Shown here piece after piece: positions 36,357 to 46,219 of a stretch of DNA of 64,000 nucleotides. The stretch's first letter is position 1. Every line of letters begins with the position of its first letter. The position numbers were made by a program, and so were the translations under genes. The notes beneath the pieces were generated by a model. The model searched no databases. It was not told where the DNA came from and saw nothing but the letters and a program-made list of their open reading frames with translations. The DNA is from a virus (taxonomy: Duplodnaviria; Caudoviricetes), in the IMG/VR virus record IMGVR_UViG_3300048582_000118, positions 687 through 64,686 of that record. One strand, given 5' to 3'.

Positions 36357-36364
36357 GATAAATA
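36357..36364 (+). promoter_or_regulatory. Putative late promoter GATAAATA
   Basis: Upstream of the baseplate operon start at 36393. Confidence 0.65.
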
Positions 36365-36392
36365 TAAGATATACAACATGTCGGGGTAAGCA

Positions 36393-37244
36393 ATGGCGTT
36401 TATAAATAGCATGAATGGAATGTTTAATTCGACCAGAACGTCGATTACTACTGCATATCAGTCCGCAAAAACAGCAGCTAACGGCGCATATGATGCTGCT
36501 TACGATAAATTCACAGATTTAACAGGCATCGGCGGCGATGTCGAATCAGTAGCAAGTTACGGTCCGCAAACGCGCGGTGGTAAGAGAAGAAAAAAGATAC
36601 CAGGGGTTCCACCGAATGTAGTAGCGCCGCCGGAAGATGTTATGCAAGGAAGGGCAACAATTTCTCCAATGGGAAGTGGCGCAATGTTGTTCGGCGGCGC
36701 AGGCGCAATAATGGAACCACTAAGGGCGAGAGGTGCGTTGATATTTCCGTATACCCCAACATTGCAAGTAGGCTCTACTGCCGAGTACGAACCTTCTAAT
36801 ATTTCGCATACCATAACTAAGAATCAGTCTTATACAAGAACATTTATCAACGAAATAGTGTTGTCAGCTGAGTTTACCGCGCAAACACTCGAAGAAGCAA
36901 GATATATGCTAGCCTGTATGCACTTTTTTAGATCAGTTACAAAATCTTATTTTGGCGAATCCAACGGTGATCTTGCAGGCGCTCCGCCGCCGGTGGTAAA
37001 ATTTAACTATCTCGGTGATCAAATGTTTAATAATGTTCCTGTAGTGATTAAGGGCTATACATATACTTTGCCACCGGACGTAGACTATGTAATAATAGAT
37101 CAAGCAGGAATAAGCACTCAGGTGCCAGCACACCTTACTATGCAGATTACTATGGATGTTTATTACAATCCTTTAATGACTCGGACAGTATTTAACTTAG
37201 CAGAATTTAAAAATGGCAATCTATTATCTAACGGGTTTATATAA
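36393..37244 (+). CDS. Baseplate/tail-tube initiator-like protein (gp48/54-like)
   Basis: FPYTP motif and GAPPPVVKF...FNNVPVVI tube-fold motif; precedes the gp53-like gene. Confidence 0.55.
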   Translation: MAFINSMNGMFNSTRTSITTAYQSAKTAANGAYDAAYDKFTDLTGIGGDVESVASYGPQTRGGKRRKKIPGVPPNVVAPPEDVMQGRATISPMGSGAMLFGGAGAIMEPLRARGALIFPYTPTLQVGSTAEYEPSNISHTITKNQSYTRTFINEIVLSAEFTAQTLEEARYMLACMHFFRSVTKSYFGESNGDLAGAPPPVVKFNYLGDQMFNNVPVVIKGYTYTLPPDVDYVIIDQAGISTQVPAHLTMQITMDVYYNPLMTRTVFNLAEFKNGNLLSNGFI

Positions 37245-37522
37245 TGAAAGCGACTAGCAGATATATAAAAACACCGACAGTTGAATTTTATCTAGATATA
37301 TGGAATCCTAGATCTATCGAGGCGTCGCCTAATGATGCCCTATTCGAACTCGACCCTCGGTATAATAAGCGGCCTGATTTACTATCATATGATTTATACG
37401 GGACTGTGGACTACTGGTGGGTTTTTGCTATACGAAACATGGACACACTTGTAGACCCGATAAACGACTTTATCACAGGGACAATTATTTATATTCCGTC
37501 ACTGTCGTCTATTACACAATAG
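37244..37522 (+). CDS. gp53: Baseplate wedge LysM-type protein, gp53-like
   Basis: RPDLLSYDLYGTVDYWWVFAIRN...G..IYIP. Confidence 0.75.
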   Translation: MKATSRYIKTPTVEFYLDIWNPRSIEASPNDALFELDPRYNKRPDLLSYDLYGTVDYWWVFAIRNMDTLVDPINDFITGTIIYIPSLSSITQ

Positions 37523-37531
37523 GAACAAAAA

Positions 37532-40165
37532 ATGACAATGCCATTTTCGGAAATAGATTTTCAGTCTAACTATCTAGATAGAGTAGATTTAGCAACGTAC
37601 CATATTATATTTTATATGTTACCGATCGACCGCGAACTTACATTTGACGCTATAGACCCTAATAAAGGTGGAGCAATCATAGCAGAATCTGGGGTAACAG
37701 GGCAAATTACAATCGATAATTTGTACAGCAGGGCATATACTGCGGAATCAGCGCACTATAACAAAAAAGCAACAATGCAAGGCCAAAAGATTACCTTTAC
37801 CTTAAAAGAACACCAGGGGTCTGGATTATTCGATAAAATAAGGTATACTGCGCGACAATTAGGCAACAATAGCTTTAATGTCGAGACCGGTCTCTATTAT
37901 CTAGAAATATCTTTTAGGGCAAATAATTACCCTAATTCGTCAGATGCTATAAAATTGCCGATGGTTTATAGGTGGCCATTTAGGATTCAGACAATTGTGG
38001 CTCAAGTTACGCCTGCTGGTGCCACATATGACGTTGTCGGGTACCACGAAGCGCAGACATCGTTGACCAATCTTAGTCAACCCAACGGCACAGTTACATT
38101 AGACCAATCAAAGGCAGTAAACGCAAAACCGACAACAATTGCCCAGCAAAGCCGGTCGAGCCCAGCTACGAAATACAGTGCTGCTGTGTCGACTAGGACA
38201 AAACCGAAACAGTTACCTTCTCCATTACTCAATCGAGGCCAAGATCAGTACGCAGCAAGAGTTGCAGCACTTCAAGAACGTAGTAGCCAAGCGGTACAAT
38301 CTAGTTTAGGTTCACTCAGCAGCTCGGTGCCTGCTGTAGCTGCATTAAATCGTGGCAAAATTGCAGTTTTACCTAAACTAAGATCATCGTCGGTGATCGA
38401 CTTTAATGACATTAAAAAAAGCAGTGCTATATCAGCTTCTAGTCGCAGCGTTCCGCCGGATTTTATTCCTAGCGGTATGGATTTAGTAGAATGGCAAAGA
38501 ATTCTTGCAAGCGATCCCGAGTTTGCTCAGGTTCTCTACGATGCAGAAAACAAAGAAGCAATCGACCCAGTCGAAGAAGAAAGAGTTCGTCAGCAAGAAG
38601 AACTAGCCGAAATAGAGAGACTTGGACTCAATAATCGAGTGTACGATCCTGCTGCCGATCCTAGAAATCTCGGAGGACAATCGTCCTTGTCGATCAGTGT
38701 AGGTTCGGTGGGTACTGCATTGGAAATTTTAGCTCAAGAACTAACAGAACGATCTAAAGCCGACGGCATGAATATAGAATATAACATTGTAGTGGACAAC
38801 ATAATTCATCAAATGAAAATGCGTGTTGATGCCGCCGGCGACCAAGGTCGATGGACTACTATGAACTATAACGAAGCCCAACAAAAATGGGTATTTACCT
38901 GGGCTCCAGGTACTAGCATAGATACTATGATCAACGATGTCATTTTATCTTCCCCGGATTATCAAGCATATTCGATAAACAATTCTGTTGCAAACGGTCA
39001 AAGCGGTGAACCCGATGGACTTAAAAAAATACATAAAATAACATCGACGTCGTATAACGACCGAGGTGCTCCTCCGGCCGATGCAAACGATGTAGCGGAA
39101 ATACAAATTGTAGTAGAATCGCAATCGACTTACGTCTATGTAACAAAAGAAGATCAAAATACAAATCCCCAGTCACTAGCAAGATCGTTGTCAAATAATG
39201 GCCAATTAAGAAAACGTTATTTTTATTTGTTCACAGGTTTAAATGATCAGATAATTAACCTAGATTTAAAATTTGATTATGCCTGGTATATTAACTCCCC
39301 TATACCCGAGTATGTAGATACTGTAACCCCAAATCAAAGCGGCACAGGCGAAGTTAAGACAATCGTTAAGCCGGAAGTTAAATTACCGACAAACGAAAAC
39401 ACAACAGCTAAACCTTTTAACCCCGTAATCAACGACGTGCGGCAAAAAGTATTATCAACCGCGACGGCGACGCCAATTACACAAATTCCGTTGTTGAAAG
39501 GGGAAAACCCCGCCGTACCAGTTGCCGGCGATTTATTGATAACCGATGCGTATAAAGCCCGACAAGTCCGCGAAGAAACTGCTAGAAAAGCCCAAGCAGA
39601 ACTAAATCAAAGGCAAGATGCGTCTCTCCAGCAGCGCAGCAATATCAGGTTTGTCGAAGATGCCTTTGCAGGAAAAACTTCCGCCGATATAGTGGCACTT
39701 ATGTCAGAAGGTAAACCGACTACATCTAGGTCGATATATAATCAAGCAGCTTCAACTCGAAATCCAACCGAAGGTACTAAGGCTGTTTCTCAGCCAAAAG
39801 GGCGGGGCCGCCCTTTTGTAAATAGCATGTTTGCTGCGGCATTTAACGCAACAGGGGATTTAGCAAACATAGAAATGAAAATAAAAGGTGACCCATACTG
39901 GTTAGGGCATACCGGAACAACCAGTATAGCATTACCGAGTGAAACGGGTGTACCTTATTTTGTACTATCTGTAAAAAATCAAGAATTATACGATATTACC
40001 ACCGGCCTGGCAGTTCCGTCTGGGCCGTACGCTGATGGATTATATCAAGTAAAAATGGTAGATACTGAATTTATTGCGGGTGCATTTACGCAAACTCTGT
40101 TTGCTTGTGTAAATCCGGCAACAATAGACTTAGATTTAAGTGGTTATAGTGGCAGGATCCCATAA
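37532..40165 (+). CDS. Baseplate hub protein (gp27-like) with large insertions
   Basis: Lies between the gp53- and gp5-like genes; KRYFYLFTGLN, IKGDPYWL and GLYQV...F..G.FTQTL motifs. Confidence 0.6.
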   Translation: MTMPFSEIDFQSNYLDRVDLATYHIIFYMLPIDRELTFDAIDPNKGGAIIAESGVTGQITIDNLYSRAYTAESAHYNKKATMQGQKITFTLKEHQGSGLFDKIRYTARQLGNNSFNVETGLYYLEISFRANNYPNSSDAIKLPMVYRWPFRIQTIVAQVTPAGATYDVVGYHEAQTSLTNLSQPNGTVTLDQSKAVNAKPTTIAQQSRSSPATKYSAAVSTRTKPKQLPSPLLNRGQDQYAARVAALQERSSQAVQSSLGSLSSSVPAVAALNRGKIAVLPKLRSSSVIDFNDIKKSSAISASSRSVPPDFIPSGMDLVEWQRILASDPEFAQVLYDAENKEAIDPVEEERVRQQEELAEIERLGLNNRVYDPAADPRNLGGQSSLSISVGSVGTALEILAQELTERSKADGMNIEYNIVVDNIIHQMKMRVDAAGDQGRWTTMNYNEAQQKWVFTWAPGTSIDTMINDVILSSPDYQAYSINNSVANGQSGEPDGLKKIHKITSTSYNDRGAPPADANDVAEIQIVVESQSTYVYVTKEDQNTNPQSLARSLSNNGQLRKRYFYLFTGLNDQIINLDLKFDYAWYINSPIPEYVDTVTPNQSGTGEVKTIVKPEVKLPTNENTTAKPFNPVINDVRQKVLSTATATPITQIPLLKGENPAVPVAGDLLITDAYKARQVREETARKAQAELNQRQDASLQQRSNIRFVEDAFAGKTSADIVALMSEGKPTTSRSIYNQAASTRNPTEGTKAVSQPKGRGRPFVNSMFAAAFNATGDLANIEMKIKGDPYWLGHTGTTSIALPSETGVPYFVLSVKNQELYDITTGLAVPSGPYADGLYQVKMVDTEFIAGAFTQTLFACVNPATIDLDLSGYSGRIP

Positions 40166-41554
40166 ATGTCAACAATAGATTATAATAGTGTAGGACAAAC
40201 CACAACTGTTGGTCGTCCTTACATCGGGGTTGTAAAAAGAACCGAAGACAGCAAGCGCGCCGGAAGAATACAAGTGTGGATTCCCGAATTAAAAACGGTC
40301 GAAACCGACGAAACTGGCTGGATTACTTGCGATTATTGTTCTCCTTTTGCTGGCACAACAAATATTGCAGATGCTTCGCAAACAGTATCTGACACTAGTC
40401 AAGGTACACAATCTAGCTACGGATTTTTTGCGGCTCCGCCAGATATCAACAACGAAGTTGTTGTAATGTTTATTGGTGCTGATATAAGCAGAGCAATATA
40501 TATCGGGTGTTTATTTGGTGAACACATGATGCATCAGGTTCCGGCTATAGCAGCATCGAGCAAGAACAGAAATATCAGCAAACCAGTTCCTGTCACGGAA
40601 TACAACAAGAACGATAGATCGAATGCCGGCAAAGGTGCTAACGTGTCCCGCCCTTGGAACGAAACTAGAACGAATGGGATCGGTGCGCAGGGTCTTATAG
40701 CCGATCCCATTCGCGGAATAACAACGAGCTCAGTAATGAGAGAATCACCTTCGGCGGTATTCGGAATGATAACGCCTGGTCGTAAAAAGGGCAAAAGCAG
40801 AACAGGTGGGCATTCGTTTGTAATGGACGACGGTAATGCAGAAGGAAAAGATTCTTACATAGGATTCCGCACAACCAACGGTGCAAGTATACGCATAGAT
40901 GACGCCAACGGTTTAATTTACGCCATTAACTCGAAAGGCACAGCATGGATACAAATGGATGCCGACGGAAACGTAGATATCTTCGGTGCTAAATCTATGT
41001 CTGTCCGCTCGCAAGAAGACATTAACTTGCGCGCAGACAGGAATATAAATATCGAAGCAGGGCAGAACATTAACACAAAGGCAGTAGCCGGTAAAATTAA
41101 CATCGAAGCACAAGCAGGTGTATTTACAAAAAGCAACGCAAAAGTGCAAATAGATGCCGCTGCAACATACAGCGTAAAATCTACCAATTTCAACATTGCC
41201 GACAGCGGGGATACATCGGCAACAGGGAAGATAGTTGCCTCTGGAATTATGTTTGCACCAGACTTTAAAGCCCCTGGTGTGGGACTAATAGGGCATATAC
41301 ACGGTAACAGCCCCCCTCCTTCTCAAGCCGGCGGGAGCAGCGGAGCAGTAACCGGATCGACAGTACCGCCGATACCTAAAACTAGCAAAACAAATGTAAA
41401 GTCAGGATTCGCCGGCACAACTAGTGTCACTGTTGCCGGCCAGGGTGCAGCGATACCTAATTATTGGTCGAGGGAGACCGAGTCGATTGAGACTATTGTA
41501 TCTCGTCTTATGACCTACGAACCTTGCCCGGAACATGTTAACAAAGGTCAATAA
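40166..41554 (+). CDS. gp5: Baseplate central spike, gp5-like (OB fold + beta-helix, no lysozyme domain evident)
   Basis: D..RAGRIQVWIPEL, SYGF..PPD...V.V.F, GHSFVMDD, beta-helix repeats, HIH motif. Confidence 0.8.
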   Translation: MSTIDYNSVGQTTTVGRPYIGVVKRTEDSKRAGRIQVWIPELKTVETDETGWITCDYCSPFAGTTNIADASQTVSDTSQGTQSSYGFFAAPPDINNEVVVMFIGADISRAIYIGCLFGEHMMHQVPAIAASSKNRNISKPVPVTEYNKNDRSNAGKGANVSRPWNETRTNGIGAQGLIADPIRGITTSSVMRESPSAVFGMITPGRKKGKSRTGGHSFVMDDGNAEGKDSYIGFRTTNGASIRIDDANGLIYAINSKGTAWIQMDADGNVDIFGAKSMSVRSQEDINLRADRNINIEAGQNINTKAVAGKINIEAQAGVFTKSNAKVQIDAAATYSVKSTNFNIADSGDTSATGKIVASGIMFAPDFKAPGVGLIGHIHGNSPPPSQAGGSSGAVTGSTVPPIPKTSKTNVKSGFAGTTSVTVAGQGAAIPNYWSRETESIETIVSRLMTYEPCPEHVNKGQ

Positions 41555-41580
41555 AAAAGGCGCCTAGGCGCCTTTTTTAT
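41551..41580. terminator. Bidirectional terminator (perfect 30-bp palindrome)
   Basis: ATAAAAAAGGCGCCT/AGGCGCCTTTTTTAT between convergent genes. Confidence 0.85.
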
Positions 41581-41588
41581 GGTTTTAA

Positions 41589-41813
41589 TTATGCGTTTTT
41601 CAGCATAATTTCGATTTCGTCAAATGCTAAATTCACATCGACGAACGGCTCGGTGATTATGTACTTTTTAGTTTTATAATCGTACATACCGTAGACTAGG
41701 ATTTTACCTTCTTTTGCTGAAATCGGATAAAATCGCTTGCCGCCGCGACCGTTGCGCTCTTCTGCTAGTTTTACTAGCTCGTCAAAACGACTTACGTTGA
41801 TTTTTTTGCTCAT
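41589..41813 (-). CDS. Small hypothetical early protein
   Basis: MSKKINVSRFDELVKLAEER...; has its own consensus promoter and terminator; alternative start at 41864. Confidence 0.65.
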   Translation of the reverse strand: MSKKINVSRFDELVKLAEERNGRGGKRFYPISAKEGKILVYGMYDYKTKKYIITEPFVDVNLAFDEIEIMLKNA

Positions 41814-41884
41814 AATACCGTAGTATCCTTTGCAATGATTGGGATGGTTTCTGCAAGACAACATAGTTTGTTTGCATTGCGTGT

Positions 41885-41913
41885 ATTATAGCGCAATCTA
41901 ACACAGTTGTCAA
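41885..41913 (-). promoter_or_regulatory. Perfect consensus sigma70 promoter TTGACA-17-TATAAT
   Basis: TGTCAA 41908-41913 and ATTATA 41885-41890 on the + strand. Confidence 0.85.
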
Positions 41914-41973
41914 CCGCTGTTTGCAGCGTTCTTTTAAAAATTTTCAAGCTAAATTAACCCCATTTTTTTAGAT

Positions 41974-41981
41974 GATAAATA
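41974..41981 (+). promoter_or_regulatory. Putative late promoter GATAAATA
   Basis: Upstream of the gp25-like gene, preceded by a T-tract. Confidence 0.65.
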
Positions 41982-42009
41982 AGTTAAACTGTAAAAGGAT
42001 GGATAAGAA

Positions 42010-42411
42010 ATGGCTATTATTACAAAAGAAGACATTGTTGCGCTTCCTATCTATAAGGGATTTTCTACATTCCAGCGCCTTGCGCCTCCATTTACACTCA
42101 CTAACGTAGAACTGGTTAAGCAAGATTTACTGAACACGTTTCATACACCGATCGGCAGTAGAGTGATGCTACCTTTGTTCGGAAGCAACATACCGCAATA
42201 CATGTTTGAACCGTTTGATGAAGCGACCAGGCAGGCAATTATTAACGATGCAATAAACGTAGTGAAAAGCGAGCCGCGAGTATCGTTGCAAGATATAGAT
42301 GTGGCAGATTTCCAGTACGGTCTCAGAATAGAACTAATTTTAATGTTCCTTCCGGGTAATTTAATTGACACGCTATATGTAAATTACATTAGAGAAGAAA
42401 CCCAAAACTAA
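42010..42411 (+). CDS. gp25: Baseplate wedge subunit, gp25-like
   Basis: YKGFST, LVKQDLLN.F.T..G.RVM.P.FGS.I...FEP and EPRV motifs. Confidence 0.88.
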   Translation: MAIITKEDIVALPIYKGFSTFQRLAPPFTLTNVELVKQDLLNTFHTPIGSRVMLPLFGSNIPQYMFEPFDEATRQAIINDAINVVKSEPRVSLQDIDVADFQYGLRIELILMFLPGNLIDTLYVNYIREETQN

Positions 42412-42421
42412 AGGAATTACC

Positions 42422-45400
42422 ATGAGTCAAGTTGTTAGACAAAGCAAGCTGTTCGCAGCAGAAGATTTCACAAAGGTATACAAATCATTTCAGAATATTG
42501 ATTTCACTGCATATGATTTTGATACTATTAGGAATGCATTAGTACAATATATTCGTGTGCAGTTCCCCGAAGACTTTAATGACTATATTGAGAGTTCCGA
42601 GTTTATTGCAATTATTGAATTATTAGCGTATTTAGGGACTAGCCTTGCATTTAGGGTTGATCTAAACTCCCGCGAGAACATAATGGACACGGCAGAGCGC
42701 CGTGAGAGTATTATTCGTCTTGCTCGGTTAATCAATTACCAACCTAAGCGAAACATTGCAGCATCTGGCTTGTTTAAAGTTAATTCACTGTCGACTACAC
42801 AACCTCTTACGGATTCAGTAGGCAATTCTATTGCTAATGTTAACGTGTTCTGGGGTGACCCTAACAATCCGGACTGGTTTGATCAGTTTGTTACTATCCT
42901 TAATGCATCATTGCAAACTACTAATCCATTCGGCAGACCGTCTAAGTCGGGCACAGTAGGTAATATACCGACTGATTTGTATGCATTAAATAATGTGCTT
43001 CGATTGAACGTAACTCAGCCTATTACAATAAGCGTAAATGGCGAACAGCTAGCATTCGATGTTTGTAACCCTAACTTCGAAGATCAAGGTGCATTCTTCG
43101 AGAGACAGCCTGATCCAACGGAATCGTTTAATCTTATATATAGGAATGACGGCCAAGGAGTTTCGTCTAATAATACCGGTTTCTTCTTATTCTTTAAACA
43201 AGGTAAGCTAGAAAGCAACGACTTTAGATATGACTTCCCTGAGCCGAGTCGATTGCAACCATTGCCTAAGACTAATGTTAACCAAACCGATGTATATGTT
43301 CAAGAGATTGATCAAAACGGTACAGTTTTACAAAAATGGACTAAGGTTCCGTCCGTTAACGGTACAAACGTGATTTATAACTCCATTGCGTTTCAAGAAA
43401 GGAATATATACGAAGTAATATCGGAAGTCAGCGATAAAGTTACTATAAAATTCCCCGATGGTAACTTTGGGAATGTGCCTACAAACATTATGAGATTCTG
43501 GACACGTTCTAGCATCGGCCGTAACGTAATTATACGCCCGGAAGATGCACAGTCGATACAGATTACAATGCCTTATGTAGGTGTGGATAATCAACGCTAT
43601 AGCTTAACAATCACATTTTCGCTAGAATACACTGTTGCAAATGGTTCTTCTGCAGAGAGCAATGAACAAATTAAAGATCGTGCTCCTCAGACTTTTTATA
43701 CACAAGAGCGAATGATTAACAACGAGGACTATAACGTATTCCCGTTACTTTACGGCAGCGAAATTGTAAAATTAAAGTCTGTTAACAGGACTTATTCGGG
43801 TAACAGTCGTTACATAAATGTAAATGATCCAACTGGGTTCCACCAAGATTTGGTAATCATAGGCGAAGACGGTGCTATATTCAACGAGAACGAAGAACAA
43901 AGAGAAGTACGAGAAATCGATAAGAACGTAATCGGATTATTGTCTGACGTCGTGTTAGAAGAATTACAGAATTTTATGTTAAATCAACGACTACGTAATT
44001 TCTTCTATAATAATTACATGGCATCGTTTGCCGAACAATTCTCTTATGTGCCGCCGGAAGGCAGCGCAGATGCGCCTATTCCCTTTACTTATTTTGATTT
44101 TACTACAGAGACCTATTGGAAAACTGCCCCTGATAAATTTAAGAATGACACGGGATTCTTGATTAAAGACTTAGACACCACGATACCGAATTGGCCGTAC
44201 GGTCCGGCAAGTGGCTCTAACTACAGTAACATTTTTTCGACAGTAGGTGTTCCGTATAAATTTGTTGTACCAGGCGCAATATTAACACTATCTGTAGAAA
44301 ATTCCAGTGGTGAAGAAATTAACACCGTGTCCTCATCTGTTACTTCTGTCTCGAACAATGGAATGGCGTATGACACTGCTATCACATTAGTCGGCCCGAT
44401 AGAATTAGGCTCAGAAGTAAATGACCTATTGCCTGCAAAAAATATTATTCCTAATTTCAGATCTATGTTTAATGCAAACGACCCGATGCAAGATATAATA
44501 GACCGAATTAACGCCACTGGTAGCTTCGGTCTAGGCTACGACGTGATCAACGATCTATGGTATGTGCTAGACGTATACGATACTGCAAACGAATTCGGTT
44601 TACAAAGAATAGGAATACCCGATAATCCGACAACTAACGACCAGTTAAGTACGACTTACGCACCTAGCTGGTTAGTCACTGTAAACGTCACTAAAAATAG
44701 TTACGAATTTGTTTCTAGAGGGACTGCAACTATATTTCAGTCACTTAGGCAAATTAGATTTTACTGGGACCCCGAATACAAAGTGTATGACTCTAAAACA
44801 GGGGAATCGTTGTACGATCAGATTATAGTTCTTGCCGACATTAATAATTCCTCCGAAGTAGAAACATGCGTTTGTGACGGCACCACAGTCACTCGCCCGG
44901 TACCTCTTAAAAACTCCATAATATGGAATCCAGTGGGCATGTTCACGCAAGACGATGGTTTTAGGGATCCGTCTAAAATAGAAATCATGCCTGCAGATCT
45001 AAACGGCGATGGATTGCCGGATTATCCGATGAGTTTTTTCATGCTTGCTAACCCAAAGGCAGAAGTAGTAATAGAAACCTATACCGACTTCGACGGCTAC
45101 GAAAAAACAAGACCGTGGGTGTCTGCATGGAACACAACGCTGCTAAATATGACAAACACTGATCAGCTTACCTTAGTGATCCCCACCGCCGGGTCTACAA
45201 TCGGTACTACCGCAACTGCTAACGAGATCGGGTTTAGGATAACAGAAGGAACTAGCAACACTTTTGTCCCGTTAAGTTCGGCTGACTTGTTTATGTCGAT
45301 GTATGTACCGACCGGTGGTGGAAAAACTGTTCCAGAAAGAATAGCAGAATTACTAACCACTAGCATCAATGATCCGGCTACATTCGAAAATGCAAAAAGA

Positions 45401-46216
45401 TTTGTAACAATTATGCAAGACGGCAAGACAGTGCGCAACGGAGTTGTCGGCACAAACATCTCCGATCAGAATTATTATAATTTTAGAGTTGTAAGAACCG
45501 ATGTCGAGACTTATGTCGAGACTGTAGTCGACAATAAGTACTTCGGATATCCAGGTATATCTTTAGAACAGAATTCTTTAGTTCCGCCAAACGAAGTGAA
45601 AGGGCTAACAATCAAATGGAAACATTATGCGCCTGCAGATCAGCGAATCGATCCTAGTGCATCTAATATCATCGATATGGTTGTTTTAACTGACGCTTAT
45701 TACAGAGATGTTTTGTTGTGGAAAAACGAAAATAAGCCTGCATCAGAATTTCCTAAAGCACCGACTACAGAAGAATTGCGTATACAATTCGGCGAGTTAA
45801 ATGAATTCAAGAGTATCTCAGATGCGTTAGTATTTAATTCAGGTAGTTTCAGGGTACTGTTTGGCAGAAATGCTATTCCGGAGTTGCAAGCTACTTTTAA
45901 AGCAATTAAGCTACCGTCCTCGACAATCAGCGATAACGAATTAAAAACTCGAATCGTACAAGCAATTGACGTGTTCTTTGAAATAAGAAATTGGGACTTT
46001 GGTGAAAAATTTTATTACACAGAATTGGCTGCATACATTCATTCTACACTGTCTCAGTCGTTAAGTTCTGTGGTAATTGTTCCTAAGAAGGAAGAAGCCC
46101 AGTTCGGTGACTTATTTGAAATTGTTGCAGGATCAACTGAGTTATTCTTATCTACTGCAACAGTGGCTGATGTAGAACTTGTTACTAATTATACAGAAAC
46201 TAATTTGAGAGTATAA
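42422..46216 (+). CDS. gp6: Baseplate wedge subunit, gp6-like (extended)
   Basis: YDFDTIR..L..Y, FNDYIESSEF...IEL, TAERRES..RLA...NY, FPDGNFG.VP and ES.EQIK.RAP..F..Q.R motifs. Confidence 0.85.
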   Translation: MSQVVRQSKLFAAEDFTKVYKSFQNIDFTAYDFDTIRNALVQYIRVQFPEDFNDYIESSEFIAIIELLAYLGTSLAFRVDLNSRENIMDTAERRESIIRLARLINYQPKRNIAASGLFKVNSLSTTQPLTDSVGNSIANVNVFWGDPNNPDWFDQFVTILNASLQTTNPFGRPSKSGTVGNIPTDLYALNNVLRLNVTQPITISVNGEQLAFDVCNPNFEDQGAFFERQPDPTESFNLIYRNDGQGVSSNNTGFFLFFKQGKLESNDFRYDFPEPSRLQPLPKTNVNQTDVYVQEIDQNGTVLQKWTKVPSVNGTNVIYNSIAFQERNIYEVISEVSDKVTIKFPDGNFGNVPTNIMRFWTRSSIGRNVIIRPEDAQSIQITMPYVGVDNQRYSLTITFSLEYTVANGSSAESNEQIKDRAPQTFYTQERMINNEDYNVFPLLYGSEIVKLKSVNRTYSGNSRYINVNDPTGFHQDLVIIGEDGAIFNENEEQREVREIDKNVIGLLSDVVLEELQNFMLNQRLRNFFYNNYMASFAEQFSYVPPEGSADAPIPFTYFDFTTETYWKTAPDKFKNDTGFLIKDLDTTIPNWPYGPASGSNYSNIFSTVGVPYKFVVPGAILTLSVENSSGEEINTVSSSVTSVSNNGMAYDTAITLVGPIELGSEVNDLLPAKNIIPNFRSMFNANDPMQDIIDRINATGSFGLGYDVINDLWYVLDVYDTANEFGLQRIGIPDNPTTNDQLSTTYAPSWLVTVNVTKNSYEFVSRGTATIFQSLRQIRFYWDPEYKVYDSKTGESLYDQIIVLADINNSSEVETCVCDGTTVTRPVPLKNSIIWNPVGMFTQDDGFRDPSKIEIMPADLNGDGLPDYPMSFFMLANPKAEVVIETYTDFDGYEKTRPWVSAWNTTLLNMTNTDQLTLVIPTAGSTIGTTATANEIGFRITEGTSNTFVPLSSADLFMSMYVPTGGGKTVPERIAELLTTSINDPATFENAKRFVTIMQDGKTVRNGVVGTNISDQNYYNFRVVRTDVETYVETVVDNKYFGYPGISLEQNSLVPPNEVKGLTIKWKHYAPADQRIDPSASNIIDMVVLTDAYYRDVLLWKNENKPASEFPKAPTTEELRIQFGELNEFKSISDALVFNSGSFRVLFGRNAIPELQATFKAIKLPSSTISDNELKTRIVQAIDVFFEIRNWDFGEKFYYTELAAYIHSTLSQSLSSVVIVPKKEEAQFGDLFEIVAGSTELFLSTATVADVELVTNYTETNLRV

Positions 46217-46219
46217 CAC

